64,000 bases of DNA, taken from positions 113,407,558 to 113,471,557 of the forward strand of contig NC_081357.1 of the NCBI RefSeq assembly GCF_030684315.1, read 5' to 3'. The notes under the pieces are model-generated. The model saw only the letters and a list, made by a program, of their open reading frames with translations, had not been told where the DNA came from and made no database searches. Below are positions 1-13,409 of this stretch, piece after piece. The stretch is from Stegostoma tigrinum (Eukaryota). The stretch's first letter is position 1; each line of letters opens with the position of its first letter. A program made the position numbers and the translations under genes.

Positions 1-26
1 ATCCCACTTGTAGAACAATTTCAATG

Positions 27-1092
27 AGAAAGCAAACATACCAAAACCGGTCTTCTTTCTCTGATCAATATTCCAAAACATTTACTTTACACTAAACTAA
101 CATCCAACTTCTTGGTTGACTTCAGAGAGATTAGCCAATAAATGGAATAAATGCTGTCAATTTACACAGAAATGCTTTGTCAAAAGATGCATTGATAAGT
201 GTCAGTATATCAGATGTCTTAAACATTACAATTATAACAACAAGTATTTATCTTAACAATGTCCTAACACTGTACAGAACTGTACAAGATAAACAGGAAC
301 TAAAGGAATTGGTGCAGGAAGAGTCAGAGGAGCAGAAGACACAAATTTTTGGATAAGAAAATATGGAAGTGTTCAAAAACAAGAATACAAATCATGAAGT
401 ACTGGAACTTCTTTGTTGGTCACTGATGAATTAAAATCTAAGGAATTAAGTTTCTTGCACGGAGAGATGATGGGTTTTAGGGAGGTATGTGGGGAGTCAG
501 AAGGAGCACTTAGTTTTCAAATAAAATCAAAAGATGCTACCTTGCCTCCTTATTCCTTATTTTGAAGGAAAAGCTCTCTTACTTTTGTCGAAATATACTG
601 TTTGCTTCCAGCTCAATTTCTTCCTTTGTTCTCAGCTCTCCTCTTCGGTCTAGCCGACGGACTCTCTCCTCTGCATCAACTGTGAGCAACAGCACCAAAT
701 CTGGTTGAACTAGATCCTGGGGCCACCTGTATAATTCATGATGTGGTGGTGGCAGGTTCTCCAATTTTCCACTGACTTCTGTTGCAATAGCATAGGCTGC
801 AGTGCTGTGCCAGAATCTGGAATATAACAAAATATACTCAAAACCTTATGAAGACACACAGTATCTACAAACAGTGAGTTAAACTATGATACCTTGTGGG
901 GAAAAAAAACAATAAATTATGAAATGTATAAACATACCAAAACTGGTCTCTTTTCTCTAACCAAAATTCTAAAAGGCTTACTTTACACTGAATTAAGGTC
1001 CAGTTTCCTTTTTGGCTTTATAGAGTGAATGGAAAAATATATTTGCACACAAATGTCTTGTCAAAAGATGCATTGATAAGGATCAGTATATC
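27..1092. repeat. Diverged direct repeat pair (about 27-211 and about 929-1092) flanking CMPK2 exon 4
   Basis: Shared blocks in the same order: aaacataccaaaac(c/t)ggtct, ttactttacact, ttgtcaaaagatgcattgataag and tcagtatatc. Confidence 0.85.
583..816 (-). CDS. CMPK2: CMPK2 (UMP-CMP kinase 2, mitochondrial) coding exon 4
   Basis: Translates (R)FWHSTAAYAIATEVSGKLENLPPPHHELYRWPQDLVQPDLVLLLTVDAEERVRRL...EANSIFRQK. AG acceptor at 818-817, GTAAG donor at 582. 234 nt, phase 2-2, in frame with exon 3. The final exon lies outside the window. Confidence 0.96.
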
Positions 1093-3544
1093 TAATCATG
1101 TAGCCTCTTAAATGAAAAGACAAGACAAACAACAAATGATACGTGGTACATTTTGAAAATTGCATTGGATTGATTTTTTAATGGTTACTTTTTCAGGATG
1201 AGTTCATCAGCAAATAGTATTAAATTATCTTGTGAAATTGCAACTTCTGATCCAAGGAATAATAAAGTTATCAAGAAAATTCCTCTTGAGTACCCTGGCC
1301 AAAGACTGATCTGAACAAAAGTGGAAGGACTTTCACCACTGGTGGAGCAAGGAGGCATCGCAAAGGCACCGGGTTCAAACTCCATGCTCTTGATACTAGT
1401 TTTTCTAACAAATGTCAACAACGGCAGTAAGAGTGGGAAAGCTCACTGCTCGGTCAGGTGATGGAAGAAAATTGGAGCGTCTACTATTCTGCCCATAACT
1501 CCATCTACAACACAGGTGGAAGAATGTATATTGCCATAGCAATTCAGATTTCAGGGGGATCTAGATGGCTCAGTTGTCTGCTTGGCTTGTTTTGATCAGA
1601 ACAGTGCTAAAAGCACATATTCACTCCCCATTCCGGCTGGGGATAGATTTAGGACCTACGTCATCAAGCTACTCAAGGTTGAGACCACGTGCTGCGAGAC
1701 AGATCCATCATTGAGCAGGGAGACGAAGCAGAACTCTTTAAGGGTTACATATAACTACAGAGAGAAGCTGAAGTATAAACACAGTTCCGTGGGGGAAACC
1801 ATTGTCATAGCCTACTAATTTGGGTCTGTGTACCCACTATCCTTATTTTCAATATTCACTTTTACCCTGCTAATCAGTTATTTACCGAGGTCAACAGGTT
1901 GTTTCCAATCCCACTTGTTCCCTTTTTTGTTAAATCTCTTAAGTGGAAACTTATTGATTTTTTTTCTGAAAGCATGCATCAGTAATATCCACAAACACTC
2001 AGACAGCTGCCAAGTTACTCACATCAGAAATTCTGATCAGCATCTATTGAGATGACTGATCATTAATGCTGGGCCCCTCTGATCAGTTCAAGTTCATTAG
2101 TCTGCTCCTAATAATACATTTTTCAAACTCCCCCACAGTACATGTTAGATTAATGGAATAAAATGGTAACAACAGAGAATGAGGCCATTGGACTCACCAA
2201 GTCCATGCTAACCTGCTGCAAATGGAATATTTAATCACTCTCCCCTCACTTTGGCCCATAGCCCTGCAACTACCTGTTTACCTTTCAGCACTTAACTCCC
2301 TTTACAAAGCGATGATTGAATCTACCCCCACCACCCTTTCAGATAGTGCAATGCAGAACATCGCAATTTGTTGCATAAAGCATTCCTCACGTTGCACTTG
2401 ACTCTTTTGCCTCTAATCACGTTAAATTTGCATTTTCTGGTTGTAGATCATTATGCTAACAGGCACAGTTTATCTCCAAATATACTGCTGTGATCCCTTT
2501 ATTGTTTTGGACATTTCTTTACAAGATAACAAGCCAACCATTTCTCTTCTTTCATTTCTAAATTATTGAGAAAAATTGGCAATTTTCCAATCCAAGAGGT
2601 CAAATCCTGGATTGAGAGTTCTGGAAGATCACAATTAGCAATTTTTCAATTTCTTCATTCATTCTTAATATCCTGTAATGGAAGTCATAAAAGTTGAGAT
2701 TTGTCTGTTTTTCATCTCGTTGGTTCCTTCACGATTGTGTTTTCACCAATATTAATACAGAGAATTTCTCGGCTTGATTTACTTTAACTTTTCCTCATAA
2801 CTCCTTTTATCTTTACCCTCTACTATGCAGATTCATTCAAAGTGCTTAGTCTTATTTTCAATTAAAGTATTTCCCATGTGTGTGCTTAAAAGCTCCCCAC
2901 AGATCATTCACCTGATTTTCTCTGAAATTGTGTCATGGGAGCTTTTGTATCAGTGCTTCAAACATTTTCCCACTATAACCCCAATTCAAGGTTTGAAAAT
3001 TGTCACAATCCCTCAGAGTGGGGAGAGGGTGGACGAGAAGCCATATGAGAGGGTAGGGGAAACAGACATTTCAGCCTCAGAGCTCATGATTCCAAATATT
3101 CAGTTTAACCTGGGGTCCCAACCCCACTTCGGGAAGCCCTGTTCTATAACTCGTGGCTCATTTCTGTGGTAGACAGAATAGATAGGTGAGTTTTATACAG
3201 TCCCACACAATATAAAGTTGGTTTTATCAGCAATCTTTTGTAAATGGATCCAAGCCATTTGCACACTGTGCAAGCTCGATGCCAAAATAATGCTCATTCT
3301 GAGCTATTCCATGTGATAATGGATCCCCAGTCAGATCCTTCTTTGCTGAGTATTGTGCTCACTCACAAATACATCTATGGCCAACATTTTTGGAATTCAA
3401 GTTACCCTAGAAAGGTGTGGCATCTCAATAATTTGAGCAGCAGATAAAGCTAGCCATTTTGTGCCACTTCTGGGCAATTGCAACACAAATGATATTTTTT
3501 ACTAATAAGAAGCTGCTGTCAAGCCAAACAAATGTTCTAGCTAC

Positions 3545-3995
3545 CACACGAATGAATACGAAACTACAAAGAGTTGTGAACATGGCCAGTCCACCACACA
3601 AGCCAACCTTTCAACAATTGACTCCGTCTATACTTCCTGCTGTCAGGAAGGCAGCCAACATAATCAAAAACCCCTTCCACCCTAGCTATAATCTCTTTCA
3701 ACCTTTTCTGCCAGGCAGATGATACAGAAGCTTAAATGCACGGACCAACAAATTCAAGAACAGCTTCTTCCTCGCTATCATTAGACTTCCGAATGGATGT
3801 TTCAAACTTCAAATTTCAAATTTAATGTTGACCTCACTCTTTGTGTGTCTTCCCTGCAGCTATAATGTTGTATTTCTTGCTCTGTTCTATTACCCTTATG
3901 TACTTTGTATGGCGTGATCTGCCTGTACTGTGCGCGAAACAAACTTTTTCACAGTACTTAGGTATATGTGACAATAAAAAAATCAAATAAATAAA
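3545..3995 (+). mobile_element. Rex1/Babar-type LINE 3' fragment
   Basis: RKAANIIKNPFHPSYNLFQPFLPGR*YRSLNARTNKFKNSFF, typical of the C-terminus. Tail reads cttttcacagtacttaggtatatgtgacaataaa followed by an A-rich end. Confidence 0.7.
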
Positions 3996-5305
3996 CCAAA
4001 AATGTACTCTGTGAATTTCAGTGTTTGTACAATACCAGCTACAAAAGGCTGCATATCTCAATGAACAGCAGATCACAGAAAATAACACGACCATTTGCTG
4101 TTCTCAACTGGCAGAGTACTGACTGTATTCAAACAGCTTACAAAACTCAGACCATTGTATCTAAAATTAGAAGTGGGCAGACCGAACTGAACAACACAGA
4201 ACACATTGAAAATTACAATTCCAACCTATTTGAGATTAAAGGTCAAGTTTGCAATACAGTTCACACTCGCTAGAAGCTATATACATTGATATATAGAGAT
4301 CAATGCTCACTAGGAAATGTTCTTTGAATTGCTTAAGAATTGCTCTTTTTTGTAATAAAACAAAAGCGTGGAGAACTATAGTTGCATTCTTCATGGCAAT
4401 GCTTCATCCAGTCAGGGCTCATTTACCAAATAATCCCATTCAATATAAATCGTGGCTTCCCCTAAAAAAGGTATTCTTGTGCCTGCCCTGATAGAGCAGA
4501 ATGAAAAGTAGCAACAGCAACATGTCTCCTTTTCAGCAGTGCTCAGATAATGTATCACAAGCAACTACTTTATAGCAGCTTGCTGAAGTAAGCACATTTC
4601 TTGACTGCAGTACTATATTGTGGCAGCGATGTTCTAATAGAATTAGGTGTTCGAGTGGCTGTTCTCTTCTGTGACACAACATTGGGATTTTTGTTGCCTT
4701 AATTGGCGCAGCAACCAAAATGTCAGGGTGATACAGGGGATGGTGGGCCACACAGTCCAGTTGGTCAACACGAAGAGGGGCTGCACTCTCTGTAACTAAA
4801 TGTGGGAAAATAATGCAATTAGTTGCTGTCCAAAGGTTTGGATTCCAATATGAAAGTGATTTGTAAATTTTAAGCAAAATCAGTGGTTCCACTTTACAGT
4901 AATTTACCTTCTTCATTAGTTTCTTAAAGTTGCAGCATATGTGTTTCTACACTAACATTGGGAAAGTGATCACATAAACTGCCTTTCTTTCCAGTGGGTT
5001 TCTATTTACTACAGCTTAATTATACTATCAGTCAATCGTGCGAAAGAACTTAATGAATTCAGAATTGAAAATGACATCTACATCAGTTTTTATTGGAGAT
5101 CAACATTGTTAGACAGTGTTAGTTATTCATTGGACACAACCAAAAGTTTATACCAATTGAGCATCAGTGTCATTTAAGAAAGTTACATACCATTGGATCA
5201 TTTGTGCCTACCAAAGAAACTTATACAACAACAGACCATGTTTGGAAGCTGTGAGCGTTATTCATCAATGACTGCTAATAGGATACTTCTAAACGCTATA
5301 CCTAC

Positions 5306-5507
5306 CGATCCACAATTACTGGAGACTTTTCGGATTCTCTTGCTATGATGGAGCCAGTAATGTAATTGCCCAATGCATAAAAAGCCCGTCGAATAAGAGG
5401 TGGCTTCGCATCAAATGTTTTTCTCAAGTGGCTAATGCAGTCTGGTGGGGACTTTAGAAGTGTTGCTTGGAGGGAGTCTCTTAAAGCTTCAGTCAATGTA
5501 CTTTTGC
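5306..5507 (-). CDS. CMPK2: CMPK2 coding exon 3
   Basis: GKSTLTEALRDSL...RRAFYALGNY...SPVIVDR. Completes the P-loop EGLDATGKST and starts the DR(Y/F) motif. tag|G acceptor, CG|gtagg donor, 202 nt. Confidence 0.96.
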
Positions 5508-5829
5508 CTATAGGTAAATACAAAGGGCTAAAAGTTATGCCATAGTGCATTATGGAGGAGATATTTTTCATTGTTCATTATTTCATTGTAAAGATAATCA
5601 AAGACCAAGGAAGGGAAATATATAAGTTTGAACATTTTACTTACTCATAATCTACTGATGAAATGGGTTATCTAGTGAACTTTATAGGACAGAGGCCCCA
5701 AGTGAGATTGTCAATTTGATGTTATAGTTGGTATGGGAAAGTAGTCACTACAAGTGGCTAAAGAAAGAAAATAGTCGAGCCATGGCCTCACTCTATGTCC
5801 TAAAATATGTCAGCAAGGTCACATATAGA

Positions 5830-6350
5830 TATTTTATCAACCTGTTCAGAGATATTATGACACATATCTGGAGTAGGTGGGACTTGAACTCAGACCTCCT
5901 GGTCCAGCAGTAGAGACATTACCACTGTGCCACAAAAACTCCTAATGTATTTGGGTGAGCAATGAATGACATTTACCTATGACGCCTTCTACCTCTTGTG
6001 AGGAGGCCTGGGTTCACGTTCCACCTGCTCCAGAAGCATGTAATAACATCTCTGAAAAGATTGATTTGAAAAAAATACAAAAGAGACTCCGGAGTGAGGT
6101 TCCCTGATATAATTCAGTATCTTTTGAAGAAGAGTAGAAACCTTTTCTGGCCTCACCTGTACATTATGAGTAACTGAATGATCTGAAATGAAGACCATCT
6201 CATCTGCAATGTATTCAGGGTTTAACCAAACAAATAGCATGACAGGGCCCTCTTGTTGCACAGTGGTAGTGTCATTACCCCTGGACTAGGAGGCCATGGG
6301 TTTAAGTCCCACCTGCTCTAGCAGTGTGTAATAACATCTTAGAACAAGAT
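5830..6350. mobile_element. Cluster of short tRNA-head SINE copies (5830-5935 minus; 5985-6075 and 6250-6350 plus)
   Basis: Recurring cagtggtagtgtc...gggttcaagtcccacctgctccaga...taataacatctctgaa. The same family recurs at about 23150, 24315 and 31470. Confidence 0.65.
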
Positions 6351-6715
6351 AACCACATAAATAGGTTAAATTTTTAAAAAACGATGACTTGATTTACTTA
6401 TTTGCTATTCTTACGAAGGTTATTGAAATCCATTTTATGGATTTGATCACTCTACAACGCTGTTAGGACAGTCAATGTCAATCATATGATATTTAAGACT
6501 TAAATTTTAGAAGGTTTAAGTACACTAAATTAATGGAAGTAGTTTCTTAAATGGTTGACTGCCTGGTTTGCGCATTGACTATAGTTTGGGATTTTAATAC
6601 AATACTAATTAACAAACTACGAGGCTGAATTCACAGCATACATCACAATAAGGATAAAAACATGGTACTCCAGTATTCCAGTTGAGTAGAACATATAAAT
6701 CTCCATGATTCTTAC

Positions 6716-6830
6716 CTGTTGCATCAAGTCCCTCTATCACAATTACTGGATGTTGGCCTTTTCTAGGAGTCCTGTCATATTGATCTGCCAATTCCAGAAT
6801 TTCCTTGGCTTTAGGGATTGTTTCAACACA
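6716..6830 (-). CDS. CMPK2: CMPK2 coding exon 2
   Basis: CVETIPKAKEILELADQYDRTPRKGQHPVIVIEGLDATG. aag|TGT acceptor, G|gtaag donor, 115 nt. Confidence 0.96.
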
Positions 6831-7929
6831 CTTTGGTGAAGAAAAATGCAAACACAATATTCAATGCAAGAAGAATTTCAGAATTGTCTGTAAATCATGG
6901 TTATTTTTCTCAACTTTTGGTATCTGAATGCTTACGCTTAACCCCATTAGCTGCTTTCAAAATGATGCCTAACACAAAAAGACACATTCGTTCATTAAAA
7001 AAATTATGCTTTTACCACACCTTTTAAAGGAGCCCATTGTCTTATGTTGGTGGAGTCTACAGTAAATCCTACTGCATTACATAGGGCCCACAAAGCTGAT
7101 TGTGCATCACTCTGCAAACTACGGAGGTACTGAGAGCCTGACTCTAACTTCCCAACCAGCCACCTGGCCATACCCATGGATTGATACTGGCGGTTGCCCT
7201 TGACTTACTGTATTGGGACCCTCCAATTGAAGGGTGCCTCCTTGTGCTTGGCTGAGTCCCCTTAGACTATGAAACATGGCCAATTGGTTGATGCTCACTC
7301 AGTGTACTTGCCATTTGTGCAGCAGGCACCTGGAGCAGGTGAGAGATTGCTTTTGGATTGTGGCATTCAGAACAATGTCCACCCCCTTAGCTGATGACTG
7401 CTGACAAGCATGACAAGTTGCCTGGCTTTGTGTCTGCGCTAATCTCCAAGGCAAGAGAAAAGTAGTGTAAATTTTTAAGATGCAGCTGAGGGCTCAAAGC
7501 ACTAAAACCAAACACAAGAAAAGGTATAGCACAGCAATAGCAAGGAAGGATGTGGTGAGCACCAAGGTAGCATCAAGAACCCAAGCTCTTGTCAGCTTGC
7601 AGCTCCAGCAAATTACTCAGTATCAATTCTGTGGTGATTGTGATAAAATAAAACAAAGAACGGTAGATGCTGAGGAATCTCAGCAGATTTGGCAACATCT
7701 CCGGAGAAAATGTGGAGTTAACGTTTTGAGACCAGTGACCCTCCTTCAGAACTGTCATGATTCTGTTTTCTTGAATGTTTCTGGGATATTGATTGTATCC
7801 TCCATATTAATGACCAACGCAAAATACTTGTTCAACTTATATTCCTTTTCTTATTTGGCATTATTAATACTCCATGGACTTTTCTTTTCGAAATATTTAT
7901 TAAAATTCTGCATATTCTGTTCCTGTTAT

Positions 7930-9000
7930 TATATTTCTGTCTAGGTTTCTCAGACCCTAATTGTCCCCACTTTATTAATTTTTCAGTCATGCTTTCTTGT
8001 TTTTTGTAGTCTGTCCAATCTTCCTATCTGCCACCCATCCTTAAATAATTATATGCATTTTTATTTAAGTTCACTACTGCTTTTATTATTTCCAGTAAAC
8101 TGTAGTTGGTGGTTTGTCCCTCTGAACTTTTCTTATTCTTTGAAACATTACTATTCCGTGTGTTCTGAAATATCTCTTTAAATGTCTAGCACTGTATTCC
8201 TTTTGGCATAGGCTTCAGGCTAGTTTGCCAACTTACTTTAGCCAGCTCTGCTTCCATGTCTTAATTGTCCATATTTAAACTTTTAAAAGATGTTCTCAGA
8301 CCCACTCCTCTCTCCCTCAAACTGAATGCAAAATTCAAACATTTTACTGCTACCCAGCAACATGTTCACTAAGTGGTAATTAGTTAACCCTACTTCATTG
8401 CACAACACCAGGTCCTATACAGCTTGCTGCCTGGTTGGGTCCAGAACATGCCGTTCTAAGAAGCTAACTATGATGAAAATATTCCATAAAATACTCATTG
8501 AGGCTACCTTTGCCCATTTGACATTATTGGTCAATATGTAAATTAAAATCTGTCATGATTTTTGCCATAACTTTCTGACAAACTCTTACATTTTCTTCCA
8601 TTATGTTCCACCCTACATGTAGTCGCTGTTAGCTGGTCAGCGCACTATTCCCACAACTAACTTCATGTCTTCATCAATTCTTATCTCTCTACCCAAACTG
8701 TTTTCATGTCCTGGGTTCCCAAAACTTAGGTCGTCCCTTTCTGCTGTGCTAGTACCGTCATTAACTAATAGAACCACCTTTCCACTTGTTCCTTGCTTCC
8801 ACTGCTTCTCAAATATCCTATAGCCTTCAAGTTTCAGGTCCCAAACCATTCATCCACAGCCGTCTCTTGTAATGGCTACAAGTTCATACCTAGTTATTTC
8901 TATCTGCACTCTCAGTTCATTCGTTTGGTTTTGAATGCTATATGCATTCAGAAACAGAACGATTATTTTCATCCTTTAATTCTATTTTTTAAATTCTAGC
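7930..9000 (-). mobile_element. Degraded CR1-type LINE (endonuclease region)
   Basis: Minus-strand WDLKLEGYRIFEKQWKQGTSGKVVLLVND...LVVGIVR resembles the start of CR1 ORF2. Many stops. Confidence 0.6.
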
Positions 9001-9189
9001 CTTACATGTTGATTAACTGCAAGATTTGTATTCTTTATCCCTTCCTATCATGGTCTGTTGATATGTTACCTTAATAATACTTTTATCTTTGGCCTTGACT
9101 TCACTGTCTGATTTATCACATGTTCCCAAACTTGATCCCTTGCAATCCTACCCACTTTTTTGCTTTAAAATCCTATTTTCATAATTATA

Positions 9190-9870
9190 TAGATGGAGGT
9201 GCAGGAGCAATGGAGGAGTGGTCCCGGGGGAACACTCCCTGTGCAGTAATGACAGTGGAGGATAGCAAAAAGTATTTCTGCTGGGGGAGCTCTGCTGGAA
9301 GTGGCTGAAATTTGGGAACATGAGCCTTTGAATGCAAAGACTGGTAAGTGGCGAGTAAGAACAAGGGGAATCCAGTCATTGTTCTGGGTGGAAGAGAAAT
9401 GGATGAGGGCAGAATTGAAGCAGAAATAGATTGGGCCTTATCAACTAAAGTGGAAGGGAATACTAAGTTGATGACAAAGGAGATCATGTCAGAGGCACCC
9501 CATGGAAGGTGGTATCATCAAAGCAGATGAGTTAGAGATGGAGAAACTGGTAGAAAGGAATGAAGGAAGCAGGCTGTGAGGAGGTAATATTGGTGGACAG
9601 CCTTTTCCCTGAAATGGAAAGAGCAAAATTGAGACGGCGAAGAGTTAGAGGTGAAACAGGTGAAGGTAAGAGAAGAATGGAAACTGAAAGCAAAACTAAT
9701 TTAATTTTCTAGTTCTGAATGTGAACAGGTAGCAGGACTGATGTTATCATCAATGTAGCAGAGAAAGAATTGAGGGTAGTAGCATGAAATCAAGGAATGC
9801 CCCACATATCTCACAAAGGGGCAGGCATAGCAGGGGCCCATGTGGGTACTCAGAATCACACCTTTGAGAA
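9190..9870 (-). mobile_element. Penelope-like element reverse-transcriptase remnant (part duplicated at 11076-11430)
   Basis: GVILGTHMGPYCACPFVRYVGHSL...PQFFLCYIDDII (translation of the 11164-11445 copy), matching the PLE RT motifs GxxMG and YIDD. Confidence 0.75.
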
Positions 9871-10149
9871 CAACATCATTTAAACCTAGAAAAACATGCT
9901 TTGGTGAAAACAGAGATCTATCAAATATTGAAAGGTCACTTGACTTAACCTAGCAAAAGTAATTAGAGTTTATCAATGGTACTGGTATTTCAATGTAATG
10001 GGTCAATTAGATTCTGCAGAGATTACAGAGAAGTAAATGCAGTGGGAAAAATAAATTCATATTCAATTTCCTTGTTAGAAGTTTGTATTGACAGGTTTGG
10101 CAGAGTTTTGTTCCTTACTATGAAGGGTTAAGGGCAAGTACAACATCAA

Positions 10150-11061
10150 GAGATTAGGAGCAATCAGTTCTTGTTTAATAAATAAGTTAATCAATGCTGA
10201 GTCACGCCATTTGGCTCTTAAAAACTCTCCACCTACTTTCCAAAAATTATGAACCAGCTGCAACCAGTACATAATTACGTTATGTATTAGGTGATGTATT
10301 AAAATACAGTAACACCTGGGAAGAGCAGGCAAAATAATTTAACCTTATAACATAAAGATTGTTAATTTTGCTGGAAAAGATAATGCCACTGCTGCTGCAC
10401 TATCAAGAGTACAACGATATGGAATAGTTTGGAGATTAATTGGATGTAAAGAAATTGTCTTGATTTAGTGAAATGGGTGAATGAAGATGAATGAATGTAA
10501 ACCATTTTTTAAAATGTTTTTGTCTCATTGTAATGAAATGCACTTAGAATTGGTATTTCATTTTCTAAGAGTGGAGGCATGTTGGTACATAGCTATGTTT
10601 AAGGACAATGTGAGGGAACTAGAACAAGGCATTATTTGATCATTTTCTGAATTCAAAAGAATGTGATTTCTTACAATTGTGTCATCAATCTACAGCCACA
10701 GTAACTCAGCATCGTCAACAGGACATTCCATGGGCATTTTAAGATAATTATGCATTATCTTTTGTTTCCAAACATTTAACCATGAGAGTGGTTTATTTTT
10801 CTTTTGGTCTTCATCTCTGCAAAGACGTGTTTTTGTGTGTGAGCTTGTTTGTGTGTGGGATTAAGAGGGATGTAGTTTCAATTCTGGATCGCAGTTTAGA
10901 TGTTAATCAGTAGATGCTACTTGCTTTAAGATTAAATGTTGTTCATAATAAATCAAATATTTTGAGTTTGTTAAAGAAACCTGGTGAAGTTCCAGTTATC
11001 TTTGGCAGCAGTACTAAAGAGAAACAATTGGCCACTTGGTAATTGAGTCCTAACTATTACA
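10150..11061 (+). mobile_element. Internally deleted Gypsy LTR retrotransposon remnant with PPT and 3' LTR (about 10580-11061)
   Basis: Frameshifted VTPFG/LKNSPPTFQK..MN (RT) and AGKDNATAAALSR (end of RNase H). Purine tract aagagtggaggca, then TG...CA with an internal AATAAA. Confidence 0.65.
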
Positions 11062-12559
11062 CTAATGGTGCGATCAATGGAAAGAGCGAAATTGAGACAG
11101 CGAAGAGTTAGAGGTGAAACAGGTGAAGGTAAGAGAAGAATGGAAACTGAAAGCAAAACTAATTTAATTTTCTAGTTCTGAATGTGAACAGGTAGCAGGA
11201 CTGATGATATCATCAATGTAGCAGAGAAAGAATTGAGGGTAGTAGCATGAAATCAAGGAATGCCCCACATATCTCACAAAGGGGCAGGCACAGTAGGGAC
11301 CCATGTGGGTACCCAGAATCACACCTTTGAGAACAACATCATTTAAACCTAGAAAAACATGCTTTGGACTGATGATATCATCAATGTAGCAGAGAAAGAA
11401 TTGAGGGTAGTAGCATGAAATCAAGGAATGCTTGATGGTCAACACTTTCTTCTGTCACATTTGTTGCATTGTCTCTGTTTGTGCATGAGTCTGTCTGTGT
11501 GCATGGGCATGTTTGTTTTTGTCTATGTATTTGCCTGCTTGTCTGTGCGCATGAGTGTCTGACCTTCTATTGATCTGCCTGTTTCTGTGTGTTCATGTTT
11601 GTGTGTCTACATCTGGGTAAGTGCAAAAGTCCTTGTGTGCATGTATGGGTGTTTCTGAGAGAATGGGAGTGAGTGGGATCAAGTAATAGGCAGGCCGAAC
11701 TAAAAACAGGTGGGGATTTGCATTGGCATAGCTTTTAGCAGTATTATCGTGTTTTGAGTTTTTATCATTTTATGGGATTTATGTACATATTTTATGACAT
11801 TAGTTGATTTAATCGTTTTTATTGTTCTCATTTTCTCAAGCATATACAGTAGGAAGATTTCTGCAGTAAATGAAAATTAAAATAAATTTGGGTATTATTC
11901 AAATAAATAATTTCCTTGTGTTTTGTTTTTAATGCATTGGGTTTCTGAACGTAGTCCACACCTGTGAGCACATTCCAGGCCTATGAGTCCACTTTCTGAA
12001 GAAGGGTCCAGACCCAAAATACCAGCTTTCCTACTCCTCTGATACTGTCTGGCCTGCTGTGTTCATCCACCTCTAAACCTTGTTATCTGTGAATCCACTT
12101 GATGCCTTTTCAACTTTGATGCTTTCAAGGATTTTTGGTTGCATTGGTAGCAAATCACAACTTACTGCTGAGAATGTTTTCCAAATTGTGACTTTTGATG
12201 TCAAATGATCATTTCTGGGCATATTTGAGTGCAAAAATGATGCCAACATTTTCTGCTGTGCAGTGTACTTTGGAGACTCCAGATCTGGATGTGTGGCACC
12301 ACCACTGCCTTACAATGAACCTTGCATAAGGAGAAGGATGGGCATGAGCAGCAGCCACAACTTACTATGAAGAAAACCACAAATGCTCTACGATGAGGGC
12401 TGCAACAGCCACAGCAATGACTTGTCAGGGAAAGATTCGGTGGGTGAAAAGCAAAGGCATTAAGCTTACAGGCACTAACTGCAGAGCGTACCGGCAGAGA
12501 CCAAGCTTCTCAGCAAACCTCAAATGTGCGAGGCAGATGGATTGTTTGCTCGGGGGTGA

Positions 12560-13200
12560 CAATTACATTAGGTTTGCCTGTGTTAGCATGAGTCAGAATG
12601 AGTGCTTAAGTTGAATCCACACTGCTGGATTCCCACATGCATCATCAAACTCGATACAATCCTCACACACCCATTTCCGTCATAATTATTTGTGAACTGC
12701 CAAAAAAATTTAATCTTGTCAACGTGCACCTGATGTGCAGCACCAAATACCTGGGAGATGCCACGATGCTTTCATCCTGCAACATACACACAAACACACA
12801 AACAGATGATGTAACTTCAGGAAGAGAAAGAATTCTCCTTTCACACATGGCTGATGACATCTAACTGAAAATACACTCAACTCCTGTCTTCCTTTCCCTC
12901 CACTTCCTCAACTAATGAAGCAGAGAGCTGGTACAACTGGATCTGTCACCGAGAAATCTTGCTGTTCCATAATGTACACACCAGTCAGGAGATCCAGGAT
13001 GACTGTGGTGTGCTGCACTACGTGAGACTTGTAGTCGTGACAGCAACAAATAGCTCACCATTGAAGTGGATGAGGAACAGGATAATGGTGACCACAAAGC
13101 AACCCAGCCACTCACACCATAGCCCAATATAGCAGGAACTTCCTTATAGCTATGAGACCCAGTTAACCACCACATCAGACCAATGCTACATTTCTATTCA
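12560..13200. mobile_element. PIF/Harbinger transposase (HARBI1-like) remnants
   Basis: Plus strand: AGFPH, FNLVNVHLMC and, after a frameshift, KY-PGRCHDAFILQ (family motif RYPGSxHDAFI). Minus strand: VSRSAAHH (cf. ISQSAAH). Confidence 0.55.
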
Positions 13201-13409
13201 ACAGCCGCGTGACCTCCACTCCTCCCATTAATTAATCCCACTGACAAAGCAGTTCCTCAACTAATGTTCTATCTATTGGTCTGTCAATTCAGATCTTCCT
13301 ATTTGTCAATGAGAATTGAAAAGGTGAGTCAACCAAAATAGGCAACACAGGAAAGTTGTACAAGTAATTCATTTTATGAAACTGACTAAACAACAGAAAT
13401 GCAACAGAA

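Noticed and set aside
1195-1500. Possible plus-strand exon or retrocopy after tttttcag
   Set aside because: In-frame stops and no recognisable homology.
11460-11670. TG-rich tract
   Set aside because: Degenerate low-complexity microsatellite with no further structure.
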